A DNA stretch of 64,000 nt from positions 1,641,856 through 1,705,855 of the forward strand of contig OZ244991.1 in assembly GCA_965223335.1 (NCBI GenBank). The letters are read 5' to 3'. The stretch comes from Thermodesulfobacteriota bacterium. Its GTDB lineage: Bacteria > Desulfobacterota_D > UBA1144 > Nemesobacterales > UBA2774. The translations under genes were made by a program, and so were the position numbers. Below, piece after piece: positions 47,504 through 58,571 of the stretch (position 1 is its first letter; each line of letters starts with the position of its first letter). The notes under the pieces were generated by a model. The model was given only the letters and a program-made list of their open reading frames with translations, was not told the origin of the DNA and made no database searches.

Positions 47504-49027
47504 ATGAATGCAAAATTAATACTCACTCTATTTGCCATGGGGCTGGGCGTGTTGGTCCTGGCAGTGGATATCACAGCCATTAATCTTGCCATCCCGGGCA
47601 TTGAAAAAGGGTTTAAGACCTCAATCGAGACCGTCCAGTGGGTTATAAACGGCTATGGGCTATCCTTCGGGGTCCTCATGGTCACGTGCGGGAGGCTTGC
47701 CGATATATACGGCCGCACAAAGATGTTCTATATAGGGCTGGTGGTGTTTGGGTTGGCATCATTTTTGGGAGCTATAGCTACGGATGTAGGCATGCTTATA
47801 GCCGCTCGCTTTGTTCAAGGTTTCGGTGGGGCACTACTCTGGCCCGCAATACTGGGCATAGTGTTTTCCTCTGTTTCTGACAGTCAAAAGGGTATCGCGA
47901 TTGGATTGATCATGGGAGCAGCGGGATTCGGTAACGCCGCGGGCCCGGTCCTAAGCGGGTTTATTACCGAGACCTGGTCGTGGCGCTGGGTGTTGATGAT
48001 GAATATCCCGCTAGTGCTGATTGCTGGGACAATCAGCTATTTTGTGGTTGAGAAACAGTCGGGGGAGAGTGGTGAAAAGGGCGTAGATTCCCTGGGCATC
48101 CTAACGTTATCTGTGTCCATAATAGCTCTATTATATGCGCTTAATGTGGCTCCCACATGGGGCTGGGTATCCTACGGTATCTTCGGGTTACTGCTCTTAT
48201 CCATAGCAATGTTCTATTTGTTTATTAGGGTTGAAAAGGTCGCAAGACTGGCACTTATTCCCGATGACGTGCTTCGCAACTCCACATTCATGATGGCTGG
48301 GCTCATTATGTTGCTTGCTATCCCCTCATTTTTTTGTGTGATGTTATATGTGCCGCAGTACTTCGAGAAGTTCATGGACTACACTCCCGTATTAGCCGGG
48401 GCCTCTTTAGTCCCTATGCTGCTTAGCTTCGGGTTGGTCTCGCCTATATCCGGCACCATATTTAACCGCCTTGGCCCAAAATACTCTATCTTAACAGGCT
48501 TATTGCTGATAACACTCGGGATACTGGCATTGATAATCCTCGGTTTCGATAAGGACTACTATGGGTTTATACCCGGGATGGTATTGATGGGTATGGGCAT
48601 AGGGTTTTCCATCCCTTCTGTGACGACCTCGGGCGTGGGATTTGTAAGTGATTCCAGGGCGAGCTTAGCAAGCGGGATACTGTATATGTTTCAGCTTGTG
48701 GGTGCCGCTTTGGGGCTTGCCATTGCCACTACGATATTCACAACTAGAGTAAAAGACGATTTACTGGACAAGTTAAAAAATCTGGGTCTCGACCTCACAA
48801 CTGTAGAACACACCGATATTGAGGGGTTTGTCATCGGCAGCGGCAGTAAAAGCAACCTTACAACCGAGTTGGGAATCGATACGTTTAACACCCTCATACC
48901 TCCCCTGCACAGCTCCTATGTGTCGGGCATCAAAACGGCGCTTGTATTCACAGTGGTTTTAGCCGCCCTAGGTGCTGTTGTTGCACTGGTCTATATACCT
49001 AAACAACTAAATGCTTCTTCGGACTAA
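47504..49027 (+). CDS. MFS transporter, DHA2-like 14-TM drug:H+ antiporter family
   Basis: 14 predicted TM segments and the MFS signature GRLADIYGRTKM. Confidence 0.8.
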   Translation: MNAKLILTLFAMGLGVLVLAVDITAINLAIPGIEKGFKTSIETVQWVINGYGLSFGVLMVTCGRLADIYGRTKMFYIGLVVFGLASFLGAIATDVGMLIAARFVQGFGGALLWPAILGIVFSSVSDSQKGIAIGLIMGAAGFGNAAGPVLSGFITETWSWRWVLMMNIPLVLIAGTISYFVVEKQSGESGEKGVDSLGILTLSVSIIALLYALNVAPTWGWVSYGIFGLLLLSIAMFYLFIRVEKVARLALIPDDVLRNSTFMMAGLIMLLAIPSFFCVMLYVPQYFEKFMDYTPVLAGASLVPMLLSFGLVSPISGTIFNRLGPKYSILTGLLLITLGILALIILGFDKDYYGFIPGMVLMGMGIGFSIPSVTTSGVGFVSDSRASLASGILYMFQLVGAALGLAIATTIFTTRVKDDLLDKLKNLGLDLTTVEHTDIEGFVIGSGSKSNLTTELGIDTFNTLIPPLHSSYVSGIKTALVFTVVLAALGAVVALVYIPKQLNASSD

Positions 49028-49201
49028 TCATCTTAATTTATGCATGCTCGTGACCCGGTTTTTTAATCACGTGCACAGAAATTTATGATTGTTATGGTGC
49101 CTCTCATTAGTTACCCTATAACTATAGCACACCACTCACACAACCGGATTATTCGATAGCCTAATTTTGTCAAACTCAATCTTTTCAGACCGGTATATGA
49201 A

Positions 49202-52200
49202 TTGGTTAGAATAAAAAAATACACAAGACTCATATTAATCTCTCTCGGGATTATTTTCCTATTAGTCTCTGCACTTTTGATTGTGGGGGTAAACCTCGTT
49301 AACCGCGACCTTATGAAGGATCAGATCCTATCTGTAACCTCAGTGAAGATCGGGGGCGAGGTCAAGTACAAAGACGCTCACATAACTCTCTTTCACAGGC
49401 CCCATCTTGTGCTTGAGGGCGGGCATGTCAATATTCCGGGCAAGTTAGATGCGGACTTTGACACACTCGATATTTATCCGGCTATTTTGCCTCTATTCCT
49501 CGGTAATATAGAGGTCTCGGAACTCCGAGTAATCAGACCGAATATAGTGCTGAGCTCTGCTAAAAAGAGCGATACCGAGAAACAAAAAGCAAAGCAAGAC
49601 AAGGAGCCGATCTTATCCCGGGTAAGAAGTAAAATCAAGAATATTTTTGAGTTTGTTAAGCATGATACAGGCGACCTCAACATACAAATCGTAGATGGTG
49701 AGTTTGAATTGGTTAGGTCTGGGAATGACCTCTTAAAAATCACACAGATAAACGCATTATTCAGCAAGCCGCAAGAAAAAATACAATACAAAATTACCGC
49801 AACATCAGACGAATGGGATAGGATCAGTGCCCAGGGGTGGTTATCTCCCGACGACTTCGAAAGCACCGGAAAGATTGACGTTACGGGTCTTAAAGTGGGA
49901 CCAATAACACCTGGTACTAAAGAGATATCTACTTCTATTGCGATAGAAGATGCCGATCTATCCATTACCTACGACACCGGGGGATTAAACAATCTCGATG
50001 TTTATATGAAAACGGATATACCCAAAATTCTCTTAGATAACGGCGAGAATTCTAAACAGATAGAAAACATAGACCTTGCATCGCGGCTTAGTGCCGACGA
50101 CAATGAGATTAAGGTCGAGGTTTTGAATGGCAACTTCACCACCCCCCCACTCTCTGTGAACGGAAGTTATAGGATTGATAATAACACACAGTCCCACGAG
50201 CTTACATTAAGTGGTCAGAATATTGACGCCAAGTCGGCCAGGGATATCGCACTTTTTGTGGCCGGTCAAAATAGGATAGTAAAAATTATTTTTGAGATTG
50301 TGCGCGGGGGCACTGTCCCCGACATCAAACTCACCGGCAACGCCGGTTCATTCAAACAGATATGGAAGAAAGGCAACTTTGAGCTCAAGGGCAGCATGAT
50401 AAATGGCGAGGTCTTTATTCCCAAGGCCGAGTATGATCTAACCGATGCAAAGGGTGAGGTGGTAATCGGCGATGGGCTGCTAAAGGGCAGTAATATGAGT
50501 GCCAAGATGGGCAACTCGATAGGTACCGAGGGCAGTTTAACGCTCGGACTCGAGGGTCCGATAGGTCCGCTTTTGCTCGATGTGTTGGTTGATGCCGATG
50601 TAAGCGATATCCCGCCGGTGTTAAAACAGTTTATATCCGACCGCATATTCCAAGGCGAGATCGACAGATTACAGGCCGTAAGCGGCAGGGCCAAGGGCAA
50701 ACTAATTCTCGGCGAGCAAAAAAAGTCTCCTAAGCCCAAGATCGACGTAACAGACCTAACCATTAACGCAGACTACGGACGCGTCCCGTACAAGCTCGAG
50801 ATAGACGGGGGCAGATTTCAGTACGAAAACAAGTTCATAAAGGTAAGCGATATCAATCTTACAACTACAAATTTTTCCACTAAAGGCATTAATGGTTCAT
50901 TTTCATGGCAGGAGAATAATATCCTCAACCTTAACTCAAGTGCCGTTAATTTTGAACTGCACGATATGTTCAAGTGGTTAAGGTCTTTCGATCTCTTGGG
51001 GTCTCATCTGGAAAAAGTTGCGGATCTAAAGGGCTCTGCACTGCTGGATTCGCTTGCCTTTAAGGGTGATGTGATGGTGCCCTCGACATGGCGGATAGAG
51101 AGCGTGGGCTCTATAAACAATGCTGTCATAAAACTTCCGGGGCTTGACGGCGATATTACGGTGCCCAGTAATCAATTTGTGGTAACTCCCGAGAAGATAT
51201 CGTTTAATGACAGCCAGATACAGGTTGATACCAACAGCATTAATCTTGGAGCCAATATAAATAACTATGTCACCCACGGGTTCTCAGTGGATGTGAAGTT
51301 CAATGGCGGGTTAGATGCACCTATTAGCAACGAACTTATCACTTATTTTAATATCCCCGACCTTGTATCGGTTACCGGCCCTCTGTCCATATCCGATTCG
51401 AGCCTTGTGTACAAAAAATACAAGGATAATAACTCCCTATTAAACGGAGCGGCGATCAAGGGGACTAGAACTACGGATCTAAGGAGTTTGAAACTCGATA
51501 TTACGCTTGATGCAGATTCCTTAGAGTGGAAAAAGGACAAGACATACTCTGAAAATACCGAGGCTAAAACGGATAACACTAAAGAGGCTCGGCCTAGTGC
51601 TGACCCAGATGCCCGCAAAACACTTTTATTCGGCGATGTTAAGGTCAAGTCCAAGAATTTTGCATACGGACAGTTCGATTGGACCTCTGTGGACGGTGTA
51701 ATTGATTTGGATGGCAGAGATGTTAACGTCAATATATCTAGTGCCAATTTGTGCGGGATAGACACACCCGGGGTTTTCGAGGTTTCTCCGCCCAAACTCA
51801 AACTCGATCTAACCCCCAAGTCCACCGACACCGACTTAAGCACCACTATCGAATGCCTTCTTAAGAAAGGCAAGATTCTCACAGGAGACTTCAAGTTCGA
51901 TGGCGATCTATTGTCCGACACCGATCAGGGTGCGGTGTTTGAGGGGTTAAACGGAAACCTGGATTTCATATCCCATAACGGTCATGTATCCAATTACGGG
52001 ACCGTGGCTAAATTTTTCTCGATACTGAATCTGGGCGATGTCATCAGGGGGGAGCTCCCCGATTTTAGCAAAAAGGGTTTCCCCTACGAGATGATGAAAG
52101 CCAAGGGAGAGATCACAGACGGTATATTGGAGTTAAAAGAGGCTGTGATGGACGGAAGGGCGCTAAAGGTTGTGTGTGAGGGCACGGTTGACCTGGTCCA

Positions 52201-52468
52201 AAAGCAACTAGACCTCCAGGTGCTTGTAATCCCTGTGTTTTCGGTCGATGCGGTCATAGAAAAGATACCTCTGGTTAAATCCGTGCTGGGCAAGGATATG
52301 GTGTCGATACCCGTTAGAGTAAGTGGAGACATATCTAATCCCGAGATTAAACAGCTCTCCGTGTCTGCCATCAGCACCGGTATTCTCGCGATTATTAAAG
52401 AGACGCTTAATATCCCCGTTTCTTTAGTTAAGCCGCTTCCTAAACACGATGATGCAAAGGACGATTAA
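49202..52468 (+). CDS. AsmA/YhdP-family large envelope protein (1088 aa)
   Basis: N-terminal TM anchor followed by a very long beta-rich periplasmic region. Size and composition fit AsmA-like outer-membrane biogenesis or lipid-transport proteins. Confidence 0.55.
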   Translation: MVRIKKYTRLILISLGIIFLLVSALLIVGVNLVNRDLMKDQILSVTSVKIGGEVKYKDAHITLFHRPHLVLEGGHVNIPGKLDADFDTLDIYPAILPLFLGNIEVSELRVIRPNIVLSSAKKSDTEKQKAKQDKEPILSRVRSKIKNIFEFVKHDTGDLNIQIVDGEFELVRSGNDLLKITQINALFSKPQEKIQYKITATSDEWDRISAQGWLSPDDFESTGKIDVTGLKVGPITPGTKEISTSIAIEDADLSITYDTGGLNNLDVYMKTDIPKILLDNGENSKQIENIDLASRLSADDNEIKVEVLNGNFTTPPLSVNGSYRIDNNTQSHELTLSGQNIDAKSARDIALFVAGQNRIVKIIFEIVRGGTVPDIKLTGNAGSFKQIWKKGNFELKGSMINGEVFIPKAEYDLTDAKGEVVIGDGLLKGSNMSAKMGNSIGTEGSLTLGLEGPIGPLLLDVLVDADVSDIPPVLKQFISDRIFQGEIDRLQAVSGRAKGKLILGEQKKSPKPKIDVTDLTINADYGRVPYKLEIDGGRFQYENKFIKVSDINLTTTNFSTKGINGSFSWQENNILNLNSSAVNFELHDMFKWLRSFDLLGSHLEKVADLKGSALLDSLAFKGDVMVPSTWRIESVGSINNAVIKLPGLDGDITVPSNQFVVTPEKISFNDSQIQVDTNSINLGANINNYVTHGFSVDVKFNGGLDAPISNELITYFNIPDLVSVTGPLSISDSSLVYKKYKDNNSLLNGAAIKGTRTTDLRSLKLDITLDADSLEWKKDKTYSENTEAKTDNTKEARPSADPDARKTLLFGDVKVKSKNFAYGQFDWTSVDGVIDLDGRDVNVNISSANLCGIDTPGVFEVSPPKLKLDLTPKSTDTDLSTTIECLLKKGKILTGDFKFDGDLLSDTDQGAVFEGLNGNLDFISHNGHVSNYGTVAKFFSILNLGDVIRGELPDFSKKGFPYEMMKAKGEITDGILELKEAVMDGRALKVVCEGTVDLVQKQLDLQVLVIPVFSVDAVIEKIPLVKSVLGKDMVSIPVRVSGDISNPEIKQLSVSAISTGILAIIKETLNIPVSLVKPLPKHDDAKDD

Positions 52469-52496
52469 AGACGGTGCAGTGCTTAAGTTACATGGG

Positions 52497-52922
52497 TTAT
52501 TTTTGCTTTAAAATATCCCTAATCTCTTCTAGCAATAGCTCTTCATTTGTGGGTTCTGGAGCGGGTTCCTCTTCCTTTTTTTCCTGACTAAGCCTGTTTA
52601 TGTTCTTAATGATAAAAAACACTGCGAGTGCCACTAAGATAAAGATTATTATTGTGTTAATGAACGTGCCGTAATTGATGGTGATTGCACCGGCTTTGGT
52701 TGCCTCGGCCAAGGTCGCATACGGCCCCGCCGGTGTACCGTCTTTTAGCACCGTAAAGAGGTCTGCGAAATCTACATCACCGATAAGTATGCCGATAGGG
52801 GGCATAATGATGTCGTTAACAAAGGAGTGCACAATGGTACCGAATGCGGCACCGATAACGATCCCGACCGCCATGTCCACTACATTGCCCCGCAGTGCAA
52901 ATTCTTTGAACTCTTTTAGCAT
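52497..52922 (-). CDS. mscL: Large-conductance mechanosensitive channel
   Basis: [28 protein letters not shown] is the canonical MscL N-terminus. 141 aa. Confidence 0.9.
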   Translation of the reverse strand: MLKEFKEFALRGNVVDMAVGIVIGAAFGTIVHSFVNDIIMPPIGILIGDVDFADLFTVLKDGTPAGPYATLAEATKAGAITINYGTFINTIIIFILVALAVFFIIKNINRLSQEKKEEEPAPEPTNEELLLEEIRDILKQK

Positions 52923-53040
52923 ATTTTCACCTCGTAATAATTTAGGTTGGTACGATTATCTCATAAAGACAATTTATTTTCAAATACTGCTAACCACTAT
53001 ATATTTATCGATATTTTGTTGAATCAAGGAGGGCTCGGGC

Positions 53041-53316
53041 ATGGGTAAGGCAACTGTGAACATAGAGTACTGTACAAAATGCAGGTGGTTGATCAGGGCT
53101 ACGTGGATTGCCCAGGAACTGCTTACTACATTTGAAGACGAGATAGGAGAGTTGGCGCTAGTCCCAGGCACGGGGGGAGTGTTTGAGGTCAAGATAAACG
53201 AACAAATCTTATGGTCCCGTGCAGATCAAAACGGGTTCCCCGATATCGCCCAGCTAAAGAGACTGGTTAGGGATGTTATAGCCCCTGATAAGTCCCTTGG
53301 TCATACCGACCTCTAA
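53041..53316 (+). CDS. SelT/SelW/Rdx-family protein (Cys-containing homologue)
   Basis: CTKC redox motif at the N-terminus of a 91-aa protein. The motif is TGT-ACA-AAA-TGC, so there is no in-frame TGA and it is not a selenoprotein. Confidence 0.65.
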   Translation: MGKATVNIEYCTKCRWLIRATWIAQELLTTFEDEIGELALVPGTGGVFEVKINEQILWSRADQNGFPDIAQLKRLVRDVIAPDKSLGHTDL

Positions 53317-53373
53317 ACAGTGTGTATAATTTATTTTACGATGACTATATCGCTAGCAAATGGGGAAGTTTAA

Positions 53374-54078
53374 ATGACGGTATATTTGCTTACTGATAGT
53401 CTCGATTTCCCCCAACCCGAACTCGCAGAGGAAAACGGGCTTTTGGCTCTAGGTGGTGACCTCGGCACCGAGAGGTTACTGCTGGCATATAAAAGCGGCA
53501 TATTCCCCTGGTACTCAGAGGGCCAGCCTATTCTCTGGTTCTCGCCCGATCCTAGGTTTATTTTACTGCCTAACGAATTACACATAAGCTCAAAAGTTAA
53601 AAAGTTAATCAACTCCGGTGTGTTCGAGGTAAGGTTCGATACCCGCTTCACCGAGGTGATACACAAATGCTCCGAGGTGCCTAGAGCCGGGCAAGAGGGC
53701 ACATGGATCACGAGTGACATGATCAACGCCTATGTTGAACTGCATAACAAAGGCTATGCTCATTCGGTTGAGACTTATCTCGACGGCAATTTAGTAGGTG
53801 GGTTGTACGGGGTTTCACTGGGCAGAGCGTTTTTTGGCGAGTCAATGTTCCACACTGCAAGCAACGCCTCGAAAGTGGCTTTGTACTATCTTGTGTGCAG
53901 ACTTATCGATTGGGACTTCATGTTTATCGACTCGCAGGTGCCCAATGCGCATATGAAGAGCCTGGGGGCAAAAGAGATTCCGCGCACCCAATTTCTTCGT
54001 TTGCTTGCCCGTGCTTTAGAGTCCGAGAGCGTTGTCGGCAACTGGGGTAAGGATAAGCCCATTTGCAGTGAACTCTGA
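53374..54078 (+). CDS. aat: Leucyl/phenylalanyl-tRNA--protein transferase
   Basis: Aat-family sequence (GIFPWY..PILWFSPDPR...GESMFH). Confidence 0.85.
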   Translation: MTVYLLTDSLDFPQPELAEENGLLALGGDLGTERLLLAYKSGIFPWYSEGQPILWFSPDPRFILLPNELHISSKVKKLINSGVFEVRFDTRFTEVIHKCSEVPRAGQEGTWITSDMINAYVELHNKGYAHSVETYLDGNLVGGLYGVSLGRAFFGESMFHTASNASKVALYYLVCRLIDWDFMFIDSQVPNAHMKSLGAKEIPRTQFLRLLARALESESVVGNWGKDKPICSEL

Positions 54079-54229
54079 GTTGTTAAGCTTCATATAACCT
54101 AGGCGCACTATAATTGAAAATTAAAGAGCTACATGTATAATCCTTCCTTCGCATTATCAGGCGTTTTGTCTCGATAATTGCAATAAACCACGAGAGTTTG
54201 AACTAGCAAACAATCATAGGAGACGATTA

Positions 54230-54688
54230 ATGAGTGATTGGAAAGTTGTAAATCACGGCCATCCCGATATAGAGCCGTCTAAATCGAAAAGGGCCATCTT
54301 TATAGGCAGATACCAGCCCTATCACAAAGGCCACGTGAGCCTGGTTAGGCAGAAATTGGACAAGGGCGTGCCGTGTTTGATAATGGTGCGAGATATCCCA
54401 CCCGACCCCAAAAATCCGTTTACCACAGAACAGACCGTAAGCATGATCGAGAAATATCACGAGAGCAAGGGTGACGATGTAAAGGTAATGATCATCCCCG
54501 ACATCGAGTCGGTAAACTGGGGCAGAGGTGTTGGGTATGAGATGAACGAATTCGAACCCCCCGAGAACATAGGCTGGATCTCGGCTACCAAGATCAGGAC
54601 CTCCATCGGCGAAGGCAACGACGAGTGGAGAGAGCTTGTGGATAGCTCGATCCAGGACGATGTGGTCAAGTATCTGACAGAAGCCTAG
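54230..54688 (+). CDS. Cytidylyltransferase-like nucleotidyltransferase ((H/T)xGH family)
   Basis: IFIGRYQPYHKGH matches the (H/T)xGH nucleotidyltransferase motif. The fully overlapping minus-strand ORF has no motif and is treated as a shadow. Confidence 0.6.
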   Translation: MSDWKVVNHGHPDIEPSKSKRAIFIGRYQPYHKGHVSLVRQKLDKGVPCLIMVRDIPPDPKNPFTTEQTVSMIEKYHESKGDDVKVMIIPDIESVNWGRGVGYEMNEFEPPENIGWISATKIRTSIGEGNDEWRELVDSSIQDDVVKYLTEA

Positions 54689-54861
54689 GCGGTTAGTCGC
54701 CGGCAATTACTTTGTCTCGCGGTACTTAGCGATTGGGATGTTCTCCCCTACAACTCCTAGCATCTTAGAGCTATATTGACTGTATGACCTCAGAAGCTTG
54801 TTAAATATTGAACAATGTTTTAATATTGCGTTATAGTTGCATCTGTGTTTGCAGAGAACAG

Positions 54862-55182
54862 GCAATGTCATCGCAAGAGCAAAAACAGTTCGGTTCGTTT
54901 GCTGAGTTCTACGAGTTTTATCTAGAGGAACACAGCTACCCTGTAAATCGAAAGCTCCATTTTTTCGGCAGTCTCCTTGTGCTCTTGATCATTGCCTATG
55001 TGCTGGTCGAGCAAAAGTGGTATGCACTGCTCCTTGCCCCCGTGGTAGGGTACGGGTTTGCGTGGATAGGCCACTTCTTTGTTGAAAAGAACAAGCCTGC
55101 AACTTTCAAGTACCCACTTTACAGCCTCATGGGTGATTGGGTAATGTTCAAAGACATCATCACCGGTAAGGTGAAGTTCTAA
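54862..55182 (+). CDS. DUF962/Mpo1-like membrane protein
   Basis: FAEFYEFYLEEHSYPVNRKLHFFG matches the DUF962 signature. The start is taken at MSSQ, trimming 18 codons of the track ORF. Confidence 0.5.
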   Translation, partial: AMSSQEQKQFGSFAEFYEFYLEEHSYPVNRKLHFFGSLLVLLIIAYVLVEQKWYALLLAPVVGYGFAWIGHFFVEKNKPATFKYPLYSLMGDWVMFKDIITGKVKF

Positions 55183-55198
55183 AGGACCTTCTCGCAAT

Positions 55199-55945
55199 AT
55201 GCCAAAGCTATTGGTTTTCCAACATGTATCTCACGAGATATTGGGGACGCTAGACCCTTTGATCCGGGAATCCGGTTTTCGAATCAGGTATATAAACTTC
55301 GGCCGACACCCCGATGCGGACCCGAGCCTTGACGGTTATGACGGTTTGATAGTACTAGGCGGCCCGATGAACGTTGACGAGGTCCGCACCCATCCCCACC
55401 TGCACACCGAAGTGAAGCTCATCGACAGCGCCATTGACAAGGGAATCCCCGTGCTTGGGATATGCCTTGGCGGGCAGCTTGTGGCTAAGGCACTCGGTGC
55501 CAAGGTAAAGAAGAACCCCAAAAAAGAGATTGGATGGTACGATGTCTCACCCACACACAACGGCAAACGAGACCCCTTGATCGGGGGATTTAACAAGGTC
55601 GAGAAAATATTTCAGTGGCACGGCGATACATTCGACATACCCCGGGGTGCCACCCATCTCGCCACCTCCCCCCTATGTGAAAACCAGGCGTTTAGGTACC
55701 GCGACAATGTTTACGGGTTCCAGTTCCACCTCGAGGTCGATGAGAAGATGATAGCAAGGTGGCTCCGTGTATCCGCTAACAAAAAGGAGATAGAGGAAAC
55801 TAAGGGCGAGATCGACCCCGACCTCATCAAAAAAGATACCCCTCTTCATATCGAACGTTTAACCGATCTAAGCAACTCTACATTCGGCGAGTTTATAAAC
55901 CTGTTTGGCTTCGAGAAAAAGAAACAGAGTCTGCCCTCACGTTAA
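55199..55945 (+). CDS. Class I (type 1) glutamine amidotransferase domain protein
   Basis: GICLGGQL nucleophile elbow and a downstream His. 248 aa. Confidence 0.8.
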   Translation: MPKLLVFQHVSHEILGTLDPLIRESGFRIRYINFGRHPDADPSLDGYDGLIVLGGPMNVDEVRTHPHLHTEVKLIDSAIDKGIPVLGICLGGQLVAKALGAKVKKNPKKEIGWYDVSPTHNGKRDPLIGGFNKVEKIFQWHGDTFDIPRGATHLATSPLCENQAFRYRDNVYGFQFHLEVDEKMIARWLRVSANKKEIEETKGEIDPDLIKKDTPLHIERLTDLSNSTFGEFINLFGFEKKKQSLPSR

Positions 55946-55958
55946 CCCCTCGGCGGAC

Positions 55959-58391
55959 CTAAGAGTTTGAGTCCGTGGACTTCTTGTTGTTCTGTCTCCC
56001 AAACTTTCGGTAGTCTTCTGCAAACTCCCTTAGCCTTTTATCTACAAGGTAGTTTACAGTGCCCCGTTTGAACTTCCCTGTCGAGCCCCTTGCACCCGCT
56101 TCTTTCCCGGTTAATGTGTGGATTGCCTGGTCGATTGACTCCACCGGGTAAACATGGAATTCCCCTTGTTTCACCGCCTCTACAACTTCGGGTTTCAGCA
56201 TCAGGTTCTTTACGTTTTGGTGCGGGATCACCACTCCCTGCTCCCCGGTTATACCCTTGGCCTTACACACGTCATAGTAACCCTCGACCTTTTCGTTCAC
56301 GCCCCCAATAGGCTGGATCTGACCCTTCTGGTTTACCGATCCGGTTATGGCCAGGCTCTGCTTTATGGGTATACCTGAGAGGCTCGATATCAGCACCAAT
56401 AGCTCGGCGGCAGAGGCGCTGTCGCCGTCTATCATGTCGTAGCTCTGCTCAAACCCTATGCTGGCCGAGAGGCTAAGTGGTTTATTCTGTGCATAGGTTG
56501 TGCCGATGTAGCCACTCAGTATTAGCACTCCTTTGTCATGTATATTGCCGCTTAGTCTGGCCTTGCGCTCGATGTTCATCACACCCTCGGTCCCCATAAA
56601 AGTCTCGCAGGTAATGCGCGAGGGCCTCCCGAACGCGTGATCCCCGATGTTGTATACAGCCAGGCCGTTTATCTGCCCCACTACCATCCCGGTTGTGTCG
56701 ACCATGATCACACCCTTGGCGATCATCTCCTGTATCTTTTCCTGGATCATGCTCGAGCGATAGAGTTTCTCGTCGATTGCCTTTAAGACGTGCTCCCTTG
56801 ATATTGCGTCTTCATCCCCGTTTACTTTGGCCCAGTACCCCGCCTCTTTTATAATTTTCGTAATCCCACCGAACTGTACCGACAGTTTGGTCTGGTCGCC
56901 TGCGAGCCGGGTTGCGTGTTCTATGATGGCCTCTACACCACTACGATCAAATCTCTTGATATTGTCCCGCTCACATATGGATTTAATAAAGCACGAGTAT
57001 TGCTGCAAAGATGTTTCGTCTTGATCAACCACGGTATCGAAATCGGCCTTTACCTTAAAGAGCTTTCTAAAGTCGTCGTCGTAAGCGTAAAGCATATTAA
57101 ATATGTAGGAATTACCGGTGATTATAACTTTTAGGTCCAGTTTTATAGGCTCTGGGCGGATCCCTACCGTGCTTGAAAACCCATACTGCTGAGATACATC
57201 TTCAATCCTGAGCTCATCGTTCTCGAGTGCTTTTTTTAGCGAGTCCCAGACAAATGGGAACTTAAATATATCAAGTGCCTCTATTACCAGGTAGCCGCCG
57301 TTTGCTTTGGCGAGTGAGCCGCTACGTATCATGGTAAAATCTGTAACGAGTGCCCCAAACTTGGCCTCTCTTTCTATAGTCCCGAACAGATTGACGTAAG
57401 TCGGGTGGCTCTCGAATATTACAGGTGCACCCTCTGTCCGAGAATTGTCAATAAATACATTTACTTTATATTCTACGAACTGTGGGTCTTGCTTTGGTAT
57501 TTTGTAGGGGAACGGGGCCCCACCCGGGGGTGGTGTTTTGTCTGGCAGAAAATTATCTATATGCTCAAGTATATGCTTTTGAAGCATATCGAAATGATCT
57601 ATCACCTGCGGATATGTCTTATACGTTTCACGAAGTGTGTCGATCAGGTCCCTTACCGCAAACAATGCGACCCTTTTTTCCAGTTCCTTAACCTTGTCCA
57701 TCGCTTGCTTTTCGAGCGCGCGGACCTCTTTTAAGACCGCAGCGACTTCGTTGTCCAGTTCTTCTTTGCTTTGTTTTATTTTTTCTTTGATCTCTTCGGT
57801 AAGGCTGTTGTAGTTCTCTTGTGTAACGGGTTTCCCGCCGATAAGCGGTATAGTGATAATGCCTGTGGGCGAGAACTGAATCTGAATTTCCTTTGCTGCA
57901 GCTTTTGACTGCAGCTCTTCGAATAATCTAGTTTTCTCTCTCTGGAAATCGTTCATATAGTTCTGTTTCTGGTCTTCAACGTCGGTCCTTTCGAAAGCTG
58001 TGGGTATAGTGGTCTGTAGAATTTGGAGGAACTCTTCCATATCAGTTTGGAAGTCTTTACCTTTACCCGTGGGCAGCTCTATTGCTCTCGGCTCGTTGGG
58101 TTCTGCAAAGTTATATACAAAACACCAATCCGAGGGCGTTGGTTTATCTTTTGCGACCGTGCTCAAGATGTATTCGATTGCGGTGGTTTTACCGACCCCT
58201 GTGGGCCCTGCGATATAGATGTTGTAGCCCCCAAAATCCATACCCAGACCAAAGTTTATGGCTTCAACCGCTCGTTTTTGTCCTATGAATTCCCTACACG
58301 AGACAAGATCGTCGGTTGTTTTAAATCCCAACTTAGAAAGATCGCATTTTTTATATACCTGTGTGTGTTTAAGTTCGTTTACTTTTCTCAT
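55959..58391 (-). CDS. Lon-related ATP-dependent protease (N-terminal AAA+ ATPase, C-terminal S16 peptidase domain)
   Basis: Walker A motif GPTGVGKTT and a C-terminal Lon proteolytic-domain sequence (DGDSASAAELLVLISSLSGIPIKQSLAITGSVNQKGQIQPIGG) with a Ser-Lys dyad. 810 aa. Confidence 0.75.
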   Translation of the reverse strand: MRKVNELKHTQVYKKCDLSKLGFKTTDDLVSCREFIGQKRAVEAINFGLGMDFGGYNIYIAGPTGVGKTTAIEYILSTVAKDKPTPSDWCFVYNFAEPNEPRAIELPTGKGKDFQTDMEEFLQILQTTIPTAFERTDVEDQKQNYMNDFQREKTRLFEELQSKAAAKEIQIQFSPTGIITIPLIGGKPVTQENYNSLTEEIKEKIKQSKEELDNEVAAVLKEVRALEKQAMDKVKELEKRVALFAVRDLIDTLRETYKTYPQVIDHFDMLQKHILEHIDNFLPDKTPPPGGAPFPYKIPKQDPQFVEYKVNVFIDNSRTEGAPVIFESHPTYVNLFGTIEREAKFGALVTDFTMIRSGSLAKANGGYLVIEALDIFKFPFVWDSLKKALENDELRIEDVSQQYGFSSTVGIRPEPIKLDLKVIITGNSYIFNMLYAYDDDFRKLFKVKADFDTVVDQDETSLQQYSCFIKSICERDNIKRFDRSGVEAIIEHATRLAGDQTKLSVQFGGITKIIKEAGYWAKVNGDEDAISREHVLKAIDEKLYRSSMIQEKIQEMIAKGVIMVDTTGMVVGQINGLAVYNIGDHAFGRPSRITCETFMGTEGVMNIERKARLSGNIHDKGVLILSGYIGTTYAQNKPLSLSASIGFEQSYDMIDGDSASAAELLVLISSLSGIPIKQSLAITGSVNQKGQIQPIGGVNEKVEGYYDVCKAKGITGEQGVVIPHQNVKNLMLKPEVVEAVKQGEFHVYPVESIDQAIHTLTGKEAGARGSTGKFKRGTVNYLVDKRLREFAEDYRKFGRQNNKKSTDSNS

Positions 58392-58571
58392 TTACGCCTC
58401 ACAGTATCTGTATTATTGATGGATGTCTATATAGGTTACCTGGTTTTTAAATTTCAGAGTAGCAGCGTTTTATTGTTCCATTAAAGAGCTATATAACACA
58501 GAGATCGGGACTGTGTCCATTTGTGAAAACGCCTTGCGAGAAGCTCAATATATTGTAAATTTAATTAACTT

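Noticed and set aside
49474-49965. 163-aa minus-strand ORF inside the AsmA-family gene, and similar ORFs at 50266, 51343 and 52084
   Set aside because: They are antisense shadows inside a continuous 1088-aa plus-strand ORF.
53041-53316. Possible selenoprotein (SelW/Rdx family), which would need a TGA-Sec recoding site
   Set aside because: The redox motif is encoded as TGT-ACA-AAA-TGC (CTKC) with no in-frame TGA, so this is the Cys homologue and no SECIS element is required.
54227-54706. A 159-aa minus-strand ORF almost exactly coextensive with the plus-strand 152-aa nucleotidyltransferase ORF
   Set aside because: The plus-strand product carries a recognisable (H/T)xGH nucleotidyltransferase motif (YQPYHKGH), while the minus-strand product has no motif. 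It is a long antisense shadow of the kind that arises by chance.
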